Assembly (NCBI GenBank): GCA_022843855.1
Contig: JALHMV010000003.1
Location: 6,560 to 70,559 of the forward strand
Source: Patescibacteria group bacterium
GTDB taxonomy: Bacteria; Patescibacteriota; UBA1384; 2-12-FULL-50-11
DNA: 64,000 bases
Direction: 5' to 3'
Shown here: positions 54,301-59,523 of the stretch, piece after piece
How the letters are laid out: the number at the start of each line of letters is the position of its first letter
Position numbering within the stretch: position 1 is the first letter of the stretch
Notes under the pieces: generated by a model
Told to the model about the DNA's origin: nothing
What the model saw: only the letters and a program-made list of their open reading frames with translations
Databases searched by the model: none
Program-made: the position numbers and the translations under genes

Positions 54301-57241
54301 GCGAAAAGTTACCGGCCGTCGCAAGAAGTTCGTAACCGAGATCCGCGAATCGCAGAAGGAATCGGTCGCTGCCGCCTTACAGCGAATGCAAAGCCGGGCA
54401 TTGATCCGGGCGGCATTCCCGCAGCACGTTTCGCCGATGTCGGCAAGCGAACAGCAGGTGCTCGACGATGTGACGATGATGTCGGTCTTTGACGAGGCGA
54501 AACTGCCCGACGAGATCCTGAAGGACATGGGTATCCTCGGCGCCGACATTCTGCTCGAAGGCCTCGCCCTGCCATCCGACAAGATGATCCGGCCGTTGAC
54601 GTTCGACGAGCAAATGATCGCCATGTACGGCGAGGACATCCGTCCGCATCTTGAAGACGTTCACCGCGAATCGCTTCGTCAGCGGGATGTGTGGATCAAG
54701 GAAAACCAGCGAAAGAAAGAGATCAAGGCCATCATTGACGAGCTCGGCGACCACCTGACCGAGGACGATATCGAGGCGATCATTCAGGCCCGTGCCGACG
54801 AACTCGAGCGCCGGGTGCTGATCACCAAGCTTCACCGTGTCCGGGCAGAGCGTGGGCAGAAGACCGAGGCCGTGACGACGATCGAGGGAGTCATTGCCCG
54901 CATCGCCAAGCCCGGCCAGGAAGCCGCCGTTGCGGCTGCGGTAGAGCTGATCCATCGCAAGCCGTCCGCGCAGGAATTCTACCGGCTGCTCGAAGCGATC
55001 GGGATCAAGAACAAGGATGCCCGCGAGGCTCTCCGCGAGGGCAAAGAGCTGCTCGATCAGGCCCGGCTTGTATTCAAACGCGAGGAGGAGGAGCGGAAGG
55101 ACGAGCTGCGGGACCGGATCAAGCAGGGCGACGAGGAGCTGCACCAGCTTGAGAAAGAGGTTGCGGCAAGCCGTGTCCGTGCCCGTGAATCGCAGGCCGA
55201 GATCGAGAAGGAGCTCAAGCGGATCGGTTCGGGCGAATTCATGTACCGCGTCTCGCAGGCACGAGAAGCGATAAACACGCCTCGGGCGATAATGGCATCG
55301 GCGGACCTTTCGTTCTTGCTTCGGCAGGGCGGTTGGTTCATGTTCGCCCGGCCGGAGGATCAGGGGCCGGCCTTCCTCGCGTTACTCAATGCGACAACGG
55401 AGCGGTTCAACCGGCTGGGCTACGAACGGACGATGGATGCGATGGAGGACAATCCATACTTCGAGCTGTCCGTTCAGGCGGGTATGGACTATGCCGGACT
55501 CGGCAAGCACGGCGAATTCTCGATCACGAAAGGCGAGGAAGAATTCCGCTCAAATATGCTCCGGCACATGGCGAATTGGAGCAAAGGGAAAAGCTTCCAC
55601 AAGTTCAATATCGCCCGCCTGCCGAACGCGATCATTCAGAAGTCGGACGAGCTGTACACCGCCTTCCTCGACGCTCAACGGCTTTCGACGTTCGCCCAGA
55701 CCGCCGAGTTGTGGGCTTCCCGCGGGATCACCTTCGAAACTCATCCAAAGGAGTACCGTGCGTTGGCGTCCTACATCAACGACGCGACCGGGCGGGCCGC
55801 GATACCGGAGCTGCTCGGCGGATCCAGAGCTGCCAGCCTGCTGATGAACCTGCCGCTGTTCGCTCCGCGGTTCACGCTCAGCCGGTTCAAGCTGCTCTGG
55901 AAATCGACGCTCGGCATGGCTTTCCTCCCACCGGAAACCCGGAGGATCGTCTTCCGCGATGCGCTCCGCTTCTACGGCACGACCGGGGCGTTGATGTCGC
56001 TGGCATGGCTCGGCGGGGCGACGATCGGTTTCGATTGGGACGATGCGGACTTCCTCAAGCTTAGATGGGGTCCGGAGGACAAAGACACGACGGACATGTT
56101 GATCGGTATGCAGCAATCGCTTCGCGTGACGATGCGGATCATCCAGGCATCGCTTCGCCGATTCGTCGGGCCCGAGTGGTCGAACGGGCTGATCCGCGAC
56201 AGCCTCTACCACGTCGACGACAATGGCCGCGTCCTGGTCAACGAGTTCCGGGCGGAAATGGGGCTCAACGTCGAAACGAGCATTTGGATGAACTTCCTTC
56301 GCACCAAGCTCGGGCCACCGGCCTCGCTCATGGTCGATTGGGTGCAGGATTCCAACGTGATCGGAGAAAAATTCCGATGGGACAAGGCGATCGTGTCCAG
56401 AGTAACGCCTCTCGGCCTCCAAGAGACGGTCGAGGCGGGCTACGACGGCGGCGTTGCGACCGCTCTGGCCGCGTTTGCTCACACAATGCTCGGCGTCGGG
56501 TACGGACACTATCAAAAGTCGCTCACAGGGCAGCGAACGGAAGCACAGAAGCTTGCTGCGAAGATCAATGGACTACGTTTCAGCTCAACGGTCGAAACCG
56601 AAGAGGCGAAAGCGGCCCGCGACGTCCTGAACGGGCTCCGCGATGCTGCCCGGCAGGGCGAGGATATCTCCGAGCAAGTGAAGGCAATGTACGAAGCCGG
56701 CGACCTGACCAAGCAAGAGGCTGAACGGCTTCTTCTTGGTGGTGAGGTCAACCCGCTCTTCCTGCAGATCCGCAATATGCCGGTCGGGCTCATCAAGGAG
56801 GTTCGCAAGATCGCGACGCCATCGGAAACGGAGATGATCGATACTCTGCTGGACTCCAAGCAGGCCCGCAAACAAAAGACCGATCGGCGACAATCGGCTG
56901 CCGAGGAGCTGTTCGGTAAAACGCCACTTATGCGCGGTGGCGTAACCGACGCCCCGACCAAGCCGCTCGCGGAGCGGATGAAGCGGGCAAGCGTCCGGGA
57001 CGCATTGATTCTGTATCAGGAGTACCAGGCACAGCTTTCCGACGAGCAAAAGGCGACGCTCCGCTCCGAACTACGCCGAAAACTCACGACGAGCAGCCGT
57101 CGCGGGACGCTGAGCGACGAAAATCGCGAAGCCGCGGAGAAGATCTTCGGCGGGGAATTGAACCTGCCTCGCCCTCGCCCACGACGGCGGAGCCCAAGCC
57201 GTTCACGGCAGCCGCTCCGCGGACTTGAAGGGGTATATTGA
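36386..57241 (+). CDS. giant multi-domain 'polyvalent'-type protein (6,951 aa): SLT-like, ParB-like, SF2 helicase, N6-adenine-type MTase, duplicated modules, C-terminal hydrophobic region
   Basis: Single stop-free frame of 20,856 nt. Motifs HES...GFSQVMPSTA (SLT), LQPR...GNGRTLAL (ParB-like), GTGKT/DEAH/SAT/QKEGRIYRLG (helicase), YYPTP/LEPSAGHG/NPPY (MTase). Confidence 0.8.
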   Translation: MERETDFSALDAFADDPESQQTQDFSALDAFADTPKAAKPKPRAQRPKRTASAPANKEAERRQRVLDRLRGLKLDMEDDVFDDFDMVTKHESGRRHFDDAGRVIRGVPTKSGERAIGFSQVMPSTAKKWQKHGLNPDDEIDNIAIGALEFRSGSDDPIGRRLAYVGGPKSRALKYYKKHGEVPDWKMYSYLPNNKETFRHYVDRTGGFKDLRRLDEVAGGITRDPVSGAPQVDFKVGGPTAPIAHRPEDIAAFDAKFRKGKPPRQPALQPGVEGAEDPNVDQFGKPFKYEWQKTGDVGNGLKYAGEIDGRYFAKNEDGDTYELDEKTKQFKPTAPTKRAYDAEGNEYQLDANQDNVPEGHVRRLRDGKPFVFSPDGTIREEGVPELPPWVAGKTPPKSELPPDPMLRKAYQTRLEQGFTDSEELRQKFIEGWAAVQAGKQQRIFTDEEIKQIEALELYAANNAQQGIVPQVQETPTRARRAPRSTTAGPSTEGIGTFYADVDPATAPLGSDPRQHVFEQAVRQLGNELYGRPLDKVEVQAAIEFQKRRGGDFVYLTEGGKATNVPTEPTKGRYQITAERAAEIRDFLKFNQPLLERTRDDAIAKFIASTFEIDDAKIAEFAEMGINADRLRAALESDPKFADARKKRLENEQFIKDYVAKQTTGANATADSAANQTGRVLEMLRSKDPAENRLGQQALENLSRRSPNIAYVEALANLGIVPRDVLDKAKEAEQSELINAIASLNDPSWYKRLLNDVQDGGTGFYEFVVGPFKRADRIKAAREQARPGKDGKPSNAGILLPMVYSAWEGPPELRGVNSPEAQKRRREAIGDSLRSMQAEFGSIGEFHKFMEANAGEEANIGRQLKFFGSNVLKNIASFGKSAAVIDSAAEDLEVLGIKVPKDYMPTVRNAMNVVVALRNVMASGSGVMRPSDILTRDIEGAQDDPRNARLWQYARWLEEFAGDDRYLQHTFSGEVNQGLASGVVFLGAGFALKKFKYAIPALGAGMEIGNTFEEMVKAGIPVEQAKNWAVLVGAGSGYMEKFGLGGTANRMLARLGTELSDESVKTLSRSMVEFAKAAGRGAAQGIAREMPEEAIQEWAQSSFVDAAVKAIAAQNPSEGRLILNFLDELPKAIAENFHSAVIGGATGGILGGGTQTVGSVIGEGIRQSRMPGEQPEAEAEIPEGELRTPQAAEDAGESAILEKFGDRTGQATVRGLDMGGRDTAALDDIANEVAPGTVQTPQQAATEPAGGVQTPEGTQTPPATPPTQPAGQAKPKTRLPRNVIGKEVEIEGKGTGRIVAIRQGKFVVDYDYRGRPGEEFYHRQDFFTPEQLAIGGTSLTEYKPPKAPKQTTSARQPTQFGAEDFGGEIIERVPQPGQAGQPAQPAGQPTTAEVVRKIRTGRAASGKGAAIQKFTPTEDMPIDTVYTSTNDKYDVVPVVISRDDIIGSWEEGYPELLQPRDRDSIASDAQADEIARNLIPAKLGDNVNAGDGRMLVVPVEVDGKIKYALITGNGRTLALDLARERYPERFEEYQGFAKSKDPSVQGDNLMYVGILDNTKLEDGDLRQIAVDANKSTVAAMSPVEQAKVDSETLDSSLMQKFVVNDAGDIDTAGNREFIADTRQDDDQDEALSDGERKHIDKLIEQGFTATTGRMTPNGQQWFLLDTKTGSQEQISRAGRDYAYEKLGTPDKQGLRSGPMFDEPIEMRGDTPSDDDLGKMFDDLVPEEDSAPSLFDAEVKAADADKARIARLPDDEFRKELDKISPEALDKHADRSNGGRDISFTTADSPATELSGRGRIIGEAISNNESVFKVRHYDQSKGEWLTAYVAEADVDEWLPDGTLNEFLAANPDSAITKVGLQNGPLPEPERTPETVKKALAQTKRQIKKLENADEVDENALAAAEQQLDSLEAELAAMATTTAPKPEDLKAKYPVGRKLLHRTGGKPWKVTGHQSDFGKSGQIGIRLERGTDRTIMSVADLEKKFKTEKPTESNRRTAEDLFSDTAATIGDLFDTLQTFEIDPDATAGQLEEIEKIKPQVNAIKGQSKAAKAQREPLRARIRELQAEITSYMDSQETAWVQFTEDVLQQLVKAAQQYKLLEQPTDENIHSLYDVIERLTDPRFFDGINMDVLLEDHVDDLLGEAFDTIQRIKRTFVTAPQTSDTTRALTADPENRSLTDTPEKRAAMSRAYLAAYAEDSEETWGGPMDWAAVDQLMTMPREEYGLVGVIERFMTDPAVAPILAELERSAGVSDAEIEILKDFGGIYGLDPDIIEDIIGEILEIARDRGETDGGAADTLPEPDGSGAPDSDQGSETSIFKEEPEGEVGNPDTSGLFAEQEKQEDEELSKEAEAERQAERERHRDFRNSVAAQVPALDDVLAFENPFYNAGKFPKKKGQGYASNEEALAAERAELERLTNRYNANLADLKNPEATEELDQYLWNSAPVNMKLVLTHIGWAKANINELEKALGNTPPFKAGKQKFDWYFPSKEEVRETDQADNAATPEAQPPSLEALRGAEQTDLFGLEADNTGLFAQDGPTAIEPKQAEDNSKAAIKESLLSKAETEARRQVIETFGEEIGELLYDTRNDKATPKASSAAQGIISRWSGEDTDSEAVQQLIADAATAIEWIREAELRGANLDEFVRQAAIGREGLTIAQRKIYDLIASNKFGRQADELLRNAKTASEVAANVAEIEGGLEDGKVTLQQLIDVYGYTHKWEQNKKLEPAFRGAYVIGRNDDFVYVEEVYAGEGDLPPMVDVVIEHVGEFSEFEAPGEYVVTEDDFYYYFGFDVRIPEGAKVYDDYFERDLEPDSEDGTDDVEVREDDVPTERTGDADSLRESDAKPPGQRIEPGSEQSLFGDSSALEGTPGDSNVREEAAERPDAVDRDAGRGDGVSQEGISDDQQAASDAGGEAVPRTEVDLGALFDELVPPAGEAPTTNLFGEQSRTEPVYLGNQKKVRKAIEAGHGFLAVAPSGLSRDEVAKSDIAIAAVGGAIKHLADRAAELGLTDNTHTIYQVSNENVWEYEIEANRSAESRGTTKKQRAAAKQTSIPRGSVPITKYRVYDANGVEQVGNIVDPAIAQRQLEHYPGGRIEAYDGYILKEFADKLTSAKESTGKGIDEAIKGLGKLFDPKKFKSSTVPAFDDETYQAAKPHFLEAYNHFKDAAQNIGDAMRLLIDQMRAEGYDNETLRLMKPYIVQFVADIRDGVIGQDLTTPEDIIDSVPEPESKDAAERLEQQKAAEGKSVKIGDLANIQATVPVLFKEQHEDVRFVEDALFVRDGNGVMLTNGTGTGKTFSGLGVVKRMAMQGKDNIFIVVPSQEIANAWISAATNFGLQVRQLADTQDNGAEGIVITTYANMQQNPSLIKRQWDLIVADEAHTLSSNKDGKPTGASKALRAMTLHKRGKMDYWRQATIKEVTEREQAEARIEVVRALLERYEDEGPQMADRAKEAREELRSLEDAVATLNKQIEKIGNAAVAEWDRRIADEPKGKALMLSATPFAYRKSVDYAEGYLFDYDDGKVPDDQLGRTRHYNEPNNQEAFMIEHFGYRMRYNKLTEPGPEVDTDIMERQFNTWLKQQRVLSGRMLGIDQDYSREFLLIKEGIGQKIDDGLKWLQEAEGGRFRPLAEIVNKSFSYHNRMFLLEAIKAKAAVPIIDAHVEAGRKVVVFHKFNVGGGFHPFKPKVPNEKTLISVGGKTIEVNLKDLYAEFTRKRPDLIALPFEGLESPIETFAESFKGGATSLQHVQLNGTQSKKANRESMAIFNTDNSEIDIILVQADKGQAGISLHDTTGKHQRVMIDLGLPSRPVEAIQKEGRIYRLGTKTNAPMFYFTTGTLWEATAFAQTMAERSSTAENLSLGEEARALRQSIIDSFLEPRTDPMPTELDGVGGKERDRAGQQAISEYERAKTFFFGQQKKTSKTKSAEGEDYYPTPEPLGLKMVEFADIAAGHSVLEPSAGHGAIARFLPQTSRNTVIEPSQELMTRLRLHIPPSDTNRFEQDVFESLDVRANKFDVVLMNPPYGKGGKTAMEHLAKAFEHLRTNGRVVAILPEGPAADKRLEQLMAGQTEKARKLIVRSDPNTFAPLSLYEGDTVQVTDKGTIYGVTRAETVRRGFEFIATLHGTDAQGSPMTMELRGSDRFDKVIAGPRIVPASTRVVKTAEISLPTKTFERAGTGVKTRMVVLDKLAGKELELHEPWGLLDLSDVRTFDELFDEFEELTIPPRPYGGEAARRAEQEAIEREAKFEAEREARAQQNASGRAAAIPHGQHAFDLREFQHTTQGHMIYVAKPTGPKMNKDEFKRISAIARTHGGYYSSFKKDGAIPGFHFRSPEARDAFNAEAEGDSTMLSIAEPAAAPAFYSAAERAIETKMPNRAPADQVRKILEGPGIKREEVEWLGVDEWLEGKRTVTKDEMLEFMRDARIQIEEKVLRKRERDERSPADRNSTDVDERHEAAREELAEMFDLDTWDIIPATVEATRQQLINDLLNRADQDDDLDEALTSVIGASSEEYWGIEEDDYEELEEAWDNLRMASREARGADGAMDEQDPATGALQYDNPDWRLSGPHSNYREFVFTLPQQYSMLRMKYRDELAAKYGSGEAVWQNWTEAEQAEFDRLTDIDLGNDANSPAFTTGHFGGMPNILFWVRATERIDADGKRVFVIEEIQSDWHQRGRKQGYNTKMPEPVFEWTTTEGVASGEWKAAISSPHGDIIGYGPTKERAAEAAKQSWRGKFSAIPDAPFKKSWHELAFKKMLRRAVEEGYDRVAWTTGKQQNKRWSLSKVVDEIESGIDHFDSNHPTRPDQEYLHITLRRDGGDLYLKVDPENGVVISAPDALLKTEGEHLSEVLPKAIADKILSEQYVLIEDIAEVEIGGEGMRGFYDKMVPGFVSKYVKKWGAKVGRTEIPTINDERSTLGGQRDRNELRKVADDFLTRNAIGIRELNDFVSTGRDISEADARAMSVDELTAYLLGTKYESLHSVDITPAMKQSVMDEGQPMFSIYEPARKEVRFYSGLERAVEGLKQEKFSVDQVMNVINKLPGIRAEELDHTLLDVFVQLQADLGARSITKDELLKKIRASKIVVEPLALGWDGDQDSAKFRGYAEPFPASREDYKEMFLTAPFAEGGWIDGHPEYADVKNPVVRIRMDKVTLDDGRRALMVHEVQGPDEDNMAKMPAVLQKYHKQMGLKYAMQYAIDQGLDAVAWTTGEQQLARYPIEKTVDRIEFSKNLSGQSLIRVTAKGDRDPIRITAGPHGTIINSSEDKFVDRKLTEVFPKALANQILEQTSGTIEGDGLKIGGDSLRNLYDKVIPAHMKKIYGRYAAKVENGEISYDPYLKLTDFRVEELELELVNPAPHLHRFKVTATDSATGLPAYRGTFLTREAAEQYIKEAKEVFRRKTHPVWTMGITDPLREALATDEQPMYSIEEENRKQAIKILKTLDIEDVVPMVEATRSGDRVKLNLPAMELLRRAFEQVDIEAGKRKVGDESTYPAFLGLFTDAAKLIKVEQALMAAAVNAAETGHPAADAMLSGLANDIADARKAGQQTAVFYVYDAKLPQEIFHQAVYLGSVEKHLTKRHARPAELDKMPQVRKAWDSFFSQQPEYSPERLRQTANMSKANAEALSKALVREEVAAWVAEGSWEELGLTKDEGQEYLFEFLESFADKVYADTKKEGKSDEDAERAVEAALRRFEEIEHVQEATQRVLAAARKEVDAGTDGRPDGRDTQGNAKGKPSGASGGVQEAPRPDAEQGAKPYDLEGFEPKTQSKVAGDASEIPETKQFPGVRSKTELASLPGTERAAGIAADDVIYTVFSDRAAQAAAKRMLTENSTEEVLKILKNTESPDVHHAIAAFSIQQSLREEATRIEATKPDEAAKLRRVSIDLGVHLAMKMVRAGRFIRAAGVILKTTDGLIAVAQKTYQDRHGVGNDLPADIIRRIEEKAGKAEVDLAEHEAFRRQMESLQRQLDALKQELAGSEDAIRTSRKVTGRRKKFVTEIRESQKESVAAALQRMQSRALIRAAFPQHVSPMSASEQQVLDDVTMMSVFDEAKLPDEILKDMGILGADILLEGLALPSDKMIRPLTFDEQMIAMYGEDIRPHLEDVHRESLRQRDVWIKENQRKKEIKAIIDELGDHLTEDDIEAIIQARADELERRVLITKLHRVRAERGQKTEAVTTIEGVIARIAKPGQEAAVAAAVELIHRKPSAQEFYRLLEAIGIKNKDAREALREGKELLDQARLVFKREEEERKDELRDRIKQGDEELHQLEKEVAASRVRARESQAEIEKELKRIGSGEFMYRVSQAREAINTPRAIMASADLSFLLRQGGWFMFARPEDQGPAFLALLNATTERFNRLGYERTMDAMEDNPYFELSVQAGMDYAGLGKHGEFSITKGEEEFRSNMLRHMANWSKGKSFHKFNIARLPNAIIQKSDELYTAFLDAQRLSTFAQTAELWASRGITFETHPKEYRALASYINDATGRAAIPELLGGSRAASLLMNLPLFAPRFTLSRFKLLWKSTLGMAFLPPETRRIVFRDALRFYGTTGALMSLAWLGGATIGFDWDDADFLKLRWGPEDKDTTDMLIGMQQSLRVTMRIIQASLRRFVGPEWSNGLIRDSLYHVDDNGRVLVNEFRAEMGLNVETSIWMNFLRTKLGPPASLMVDWVQDSNVIGEKFRWDKAIVSRVTPLGLQETVEAGYDGGVATALAAFAHTMLGVGYGHYQKSLTGQRTEAQKLAAKINGLRFSSTVETEEAKAARDVLNGLRDAARQGEDISEQVKAMYEAGDLTKQEAERLLLGGEVNPLFLQIRNMPVGLIKEVRKIATPSETEMIDTLLDSKQARKQKTDRRQSAAEELFGKTPLMRGGVTDAPTKPLAERMKRASVRDALILYQEYQAQLSDEQKATLRSELRRKLTTSSRRGTLSDENREAAEKIFGGELNLPRPRPRRRSPSRSRQPLRGLEGVY

Positions 57242-57345
57242 CAAGGAACGGCTAAAGGTTTATTTTATAGCCAATTTGAAGCGGCCGTACGGCCCAAACC
57301 GGATGAAAGCTCCGCAACCTTACCAAGGTTGCGGAGCTTTTTACT
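57238..57345 (+). promoter_or_regulatory. copy C of the conserved element (TTGACA-N17-TATTTT, conserved box, hairpin GCTCCGCAACC-TTACCAA-GGTTGCGGAGC, T-run). Overlaps the giant gene stop.
   Basis: See copy A. Confidence 0.5.
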
Positions 57346-57366
57346 TTTACCACCACGGAGTCACAG

Positions 57367-57693
57367 ATGCCAAACTCACGCACCGCAACCATTACGGCCG
57401 GATTTTCCGCCTCAGAATATAAACCACTTTTAACACTTCTCGGTTCATCGCTTGCCTCAAAGACACGCCGCTACCGCGACGTCAAGCTTGAGAACAAAGG
57501 CGACACTGACCTTTACATCGCCTCAATGCAGGCCGGATCAAGTCCGGCGACGCCGACCGCGGGCGACCGCAAGACGATCGAGGCAGGCGATGCCGAATTC
57601 CTCGGCGAGATCGAGACCGACCAGCTCTTTGTCCTGACCGCGAACGAAAGCGGCAACAACCAACTCGAGTTCGTCGGCGAACCGCAGAACTGA
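57367..57693 (+). CDS. hypothetical protein (first gene of lysis block)
   Basis: ATG in the GGAGTCACAGATG context. Confidence 0.4.
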   Translation: MPNSRTATITAGFSASEYKPLLTLLGSSLASKTRRYRDVKLENKGDTDLYIASMQAGSSPATPTAGDRKTIEAGDAEFLGEIETDQLFVLTANESGNNQLEFVGEPQN

Positions 57694-58460
57694 TGATCAA
57701 GAAACACGACAATCAGGCGAACATCCTTGCGTGGCAGGGCTTTCTGAACACGCAGGGCGAGGCATTGCGTGCCGATGGCCGATGGGGGCCGCTGACCAAG
57801 GCGGCGACCGGCCGCTTTCAGATGAAGCACTCGCTGACGCCAGACGGCATTGTCGGCGAGGACACGCTTTCGGTTGCGATGCAGAATGGGTTTGAGGGGT
57901 TTGCGGCGCCGATCAAGCCGATAAGCCGGAAGGCCCTGATCTGTATCTCTGCCGGCCATACCAACACGGCAGGCCGCGACCAGGGCGTTGCCGCCAACGG
58001 GCTCATCGAAGGCCGCGAAGCGGTCAAGATCCGTGACCGCGTGGCCGACCTCGTCCGACAGAAAGGCTTTGCAGTGATCGAGGACGGAGCGGACGGCGTC
58101 AATGATCCGCTCTCAAAAGCGCTAGACCTCGTGCCGCTTGCCAAGTTCGCGATCGAATTCCATTTCAACGCGGGTCCGCCGACCGCCACCGGGATCGAAG
58201 TACTTTCGCTTCCGAACAACAGGCCTCGCTCGCAGGATATCGCTGGAGCTCTGGCGTCGTCGCTCGGGCTCAGGCTTCGCGGAGCGAATGGCTGGAAGTC
58301 CGACACCGAAGGGCAGCACTCGCGTCTCGCGTTCTGCCGGGCGGGCGGGCTGGTCGTCGAAACATGCTTTCTCACCAACACCGGGGATGTGGCCGCCTAT
58401 CAGGCGAACTTCGAGAAGATGTGCGTCGCCCTCGCCGACGCCATCGAACGATGTGTGTAA
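57693..58460 (+). CDS. endolysin: peptidoglycan-binding domain + N-acetylmuramoyl-L-alanine amidase
   Basis: N-terminal PG_binding_1-like WQGFLN...DGRWGPLT...DGIVGEDT. Amidase_3-like ICISAGHTNTAGRDQGV...E... Confidence 0.65.
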   Translation: MIKKHDNQANILAWQGFLNTQGEALRADGRWGPLTKAATGRFQMKHSLTPDGIVGEDTLSVAMQNGFEGFAAPIKPISRKALICISAGHTNTAGRDQGVAANGLIEGREAVKIRDRVADLVRQKGFAVIEDGADGVNDPLSKALDLVPLAKFAIEFHFNAGPPTATGIEVLSLPNNRPRSQDIAGALASSLGLRLRGANGWKSDTEGQHSRLAFCRAGGLVVETCFLTNTGDVAAYQANFEKMCVALADAIERCV

Positions 58461-58465
58461 CTACT

Positions 58466-58984
58466 ATGCAAACAAAAGAGATCGCAAAAATATGTCACGA
58501 GGCGAATCGGGCTTACTGCCAGATACTCGGTGACTCGTCACAGCTTCCGTGGGGCGACGCTCCGCAATGGCAGCGGGATTCGGCCATCAAGGGCGTCGAG
58601 TTCTGTCTTATGAACCCCGAAGCTCCGCCTTCAGCCAACCACGAATCGTGGCTCAAGCAGAAAGAGGAAGAGGGATGGAAGTATGGTCCGGTGAAAGACG
58701 CCGAAACGAAAGAACACCCATGCTTCGTGCCCTACGATGAGCTGCCGGCCGAACAGAAGGCAAAGGATTATTTGTTCAAGGCGGTCGTCGCCGGCCTCGC
58801 TCCGTTCGTAACCGAGTCCTACGGCGAACCGCAGGACGAGGAGCCGAAAGCCGAGGATGGAATTGCCGCGTCGACCATTGAGAACGGCACGCCCCTGACC
58901 GACGTCTTCCCCGAAGGGATCCTCGTCGGCGGTGTCGATGAAGCATTGCTCGACGGCGAAGGCAGCGAGGCGGCGGCAGCGTAA
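58466..58984 (+). CDS. RyR (ryanodine-receptor-like) domain protein
   Basis: ...ESWLKQKEEEGWKYGPVKDAETKEHPCFVPYDELPAEQKAKDY matches the RyR domain pattern. Confidence 0.5.
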   Translation: MQTKEIAKICHEANRAYCQILGDSSQLPWGDAPQWQRDSAIKGVEFCLMNPEAPPSANHESWLKQKEEEGWKYGPVKDAETKEHPCFVPYDELPAEQKAKDYLFKAVVAGLAPFVTESYGEPQDEEPKAEDGIAASTIENGTPLTDVFPEGILVGGVDEALLDGEGSEAAAA

Positions 58985-59138
58985 CAAGGTCCGGCGTCCG
59001 GGCAGGGCGGTTTCATAGGAAGATCTACCATACTTCCGCGAAAAGCCTTACCAAACGCCGAATACGCGGATGAGCGGTGCCGCCCGAACGCTCACCTGCC
59101 AACTCGGCCCCACAAGCCGGACGCCGGGCAGAAAAACG

Positions 59139-59291
59139 ATGAGCCGACACGACAAAGAAATGGCAATGATCGTAGCGATGTTCGTATTGGTCGCACTTGC
59201 CGTCTTTGCGGTCTGGTTCTCGGTTGTAATGATCGCGGATGCCCTTGATCACGACAAGGCACATCCGCCGAGTGCTTGGAAGGAGAAATGA
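59139..59291 (+). CDS. small single-pass membrane protein
   Basis: MAMIVAMFVLVALAVFAVWFSVVMI hydrophobic helix. Start uncertain. Confidence 0.3.
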   Translation: MSRHDKEMAMIVAMFVLVALAVFAVWFSVVMIADALDHDKAHPPSAWKEK

Positions 59292-59292
59292 T

Positions 59293-59523
59293 ATGGAACA
59301 TAACTACCAACCGCTTTTGGTCGTGCTCGGCACTATCGTCCGGCACTTTCTAACCATCGTTGCTGGATGGCTGTTCGCCTACGGCGTGACGCAGGAGCAG
59401 GCGGACGCGGCGATCGACGCGAGCGTCGCGATCGTGCTTTCGCTGGTCACGACCGCCATAGCCCTCGCGTGGTCCTATATCTCGAAACGGAATGCGTTCG
59501 AAACACCAACGGAGAATCAATGA
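59293..59523 (+). CDS. putative holin (77 aa, two predicted TM helices)
   Basis: AGGAGA RBS. Hydrophobic segments LLVVLGTIVRHFLTIVAGWLFAYGV and VAIVLSLVTTAIALAW. In the lysis block. Confidence 0.45.
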   Translation: MEHNYQPLLVVLGTIVRHFLTIVAGWLFAYGVTQEQADAAIDASVAIVLSLVTTAIALAWSYISKRNAFETPTENQ

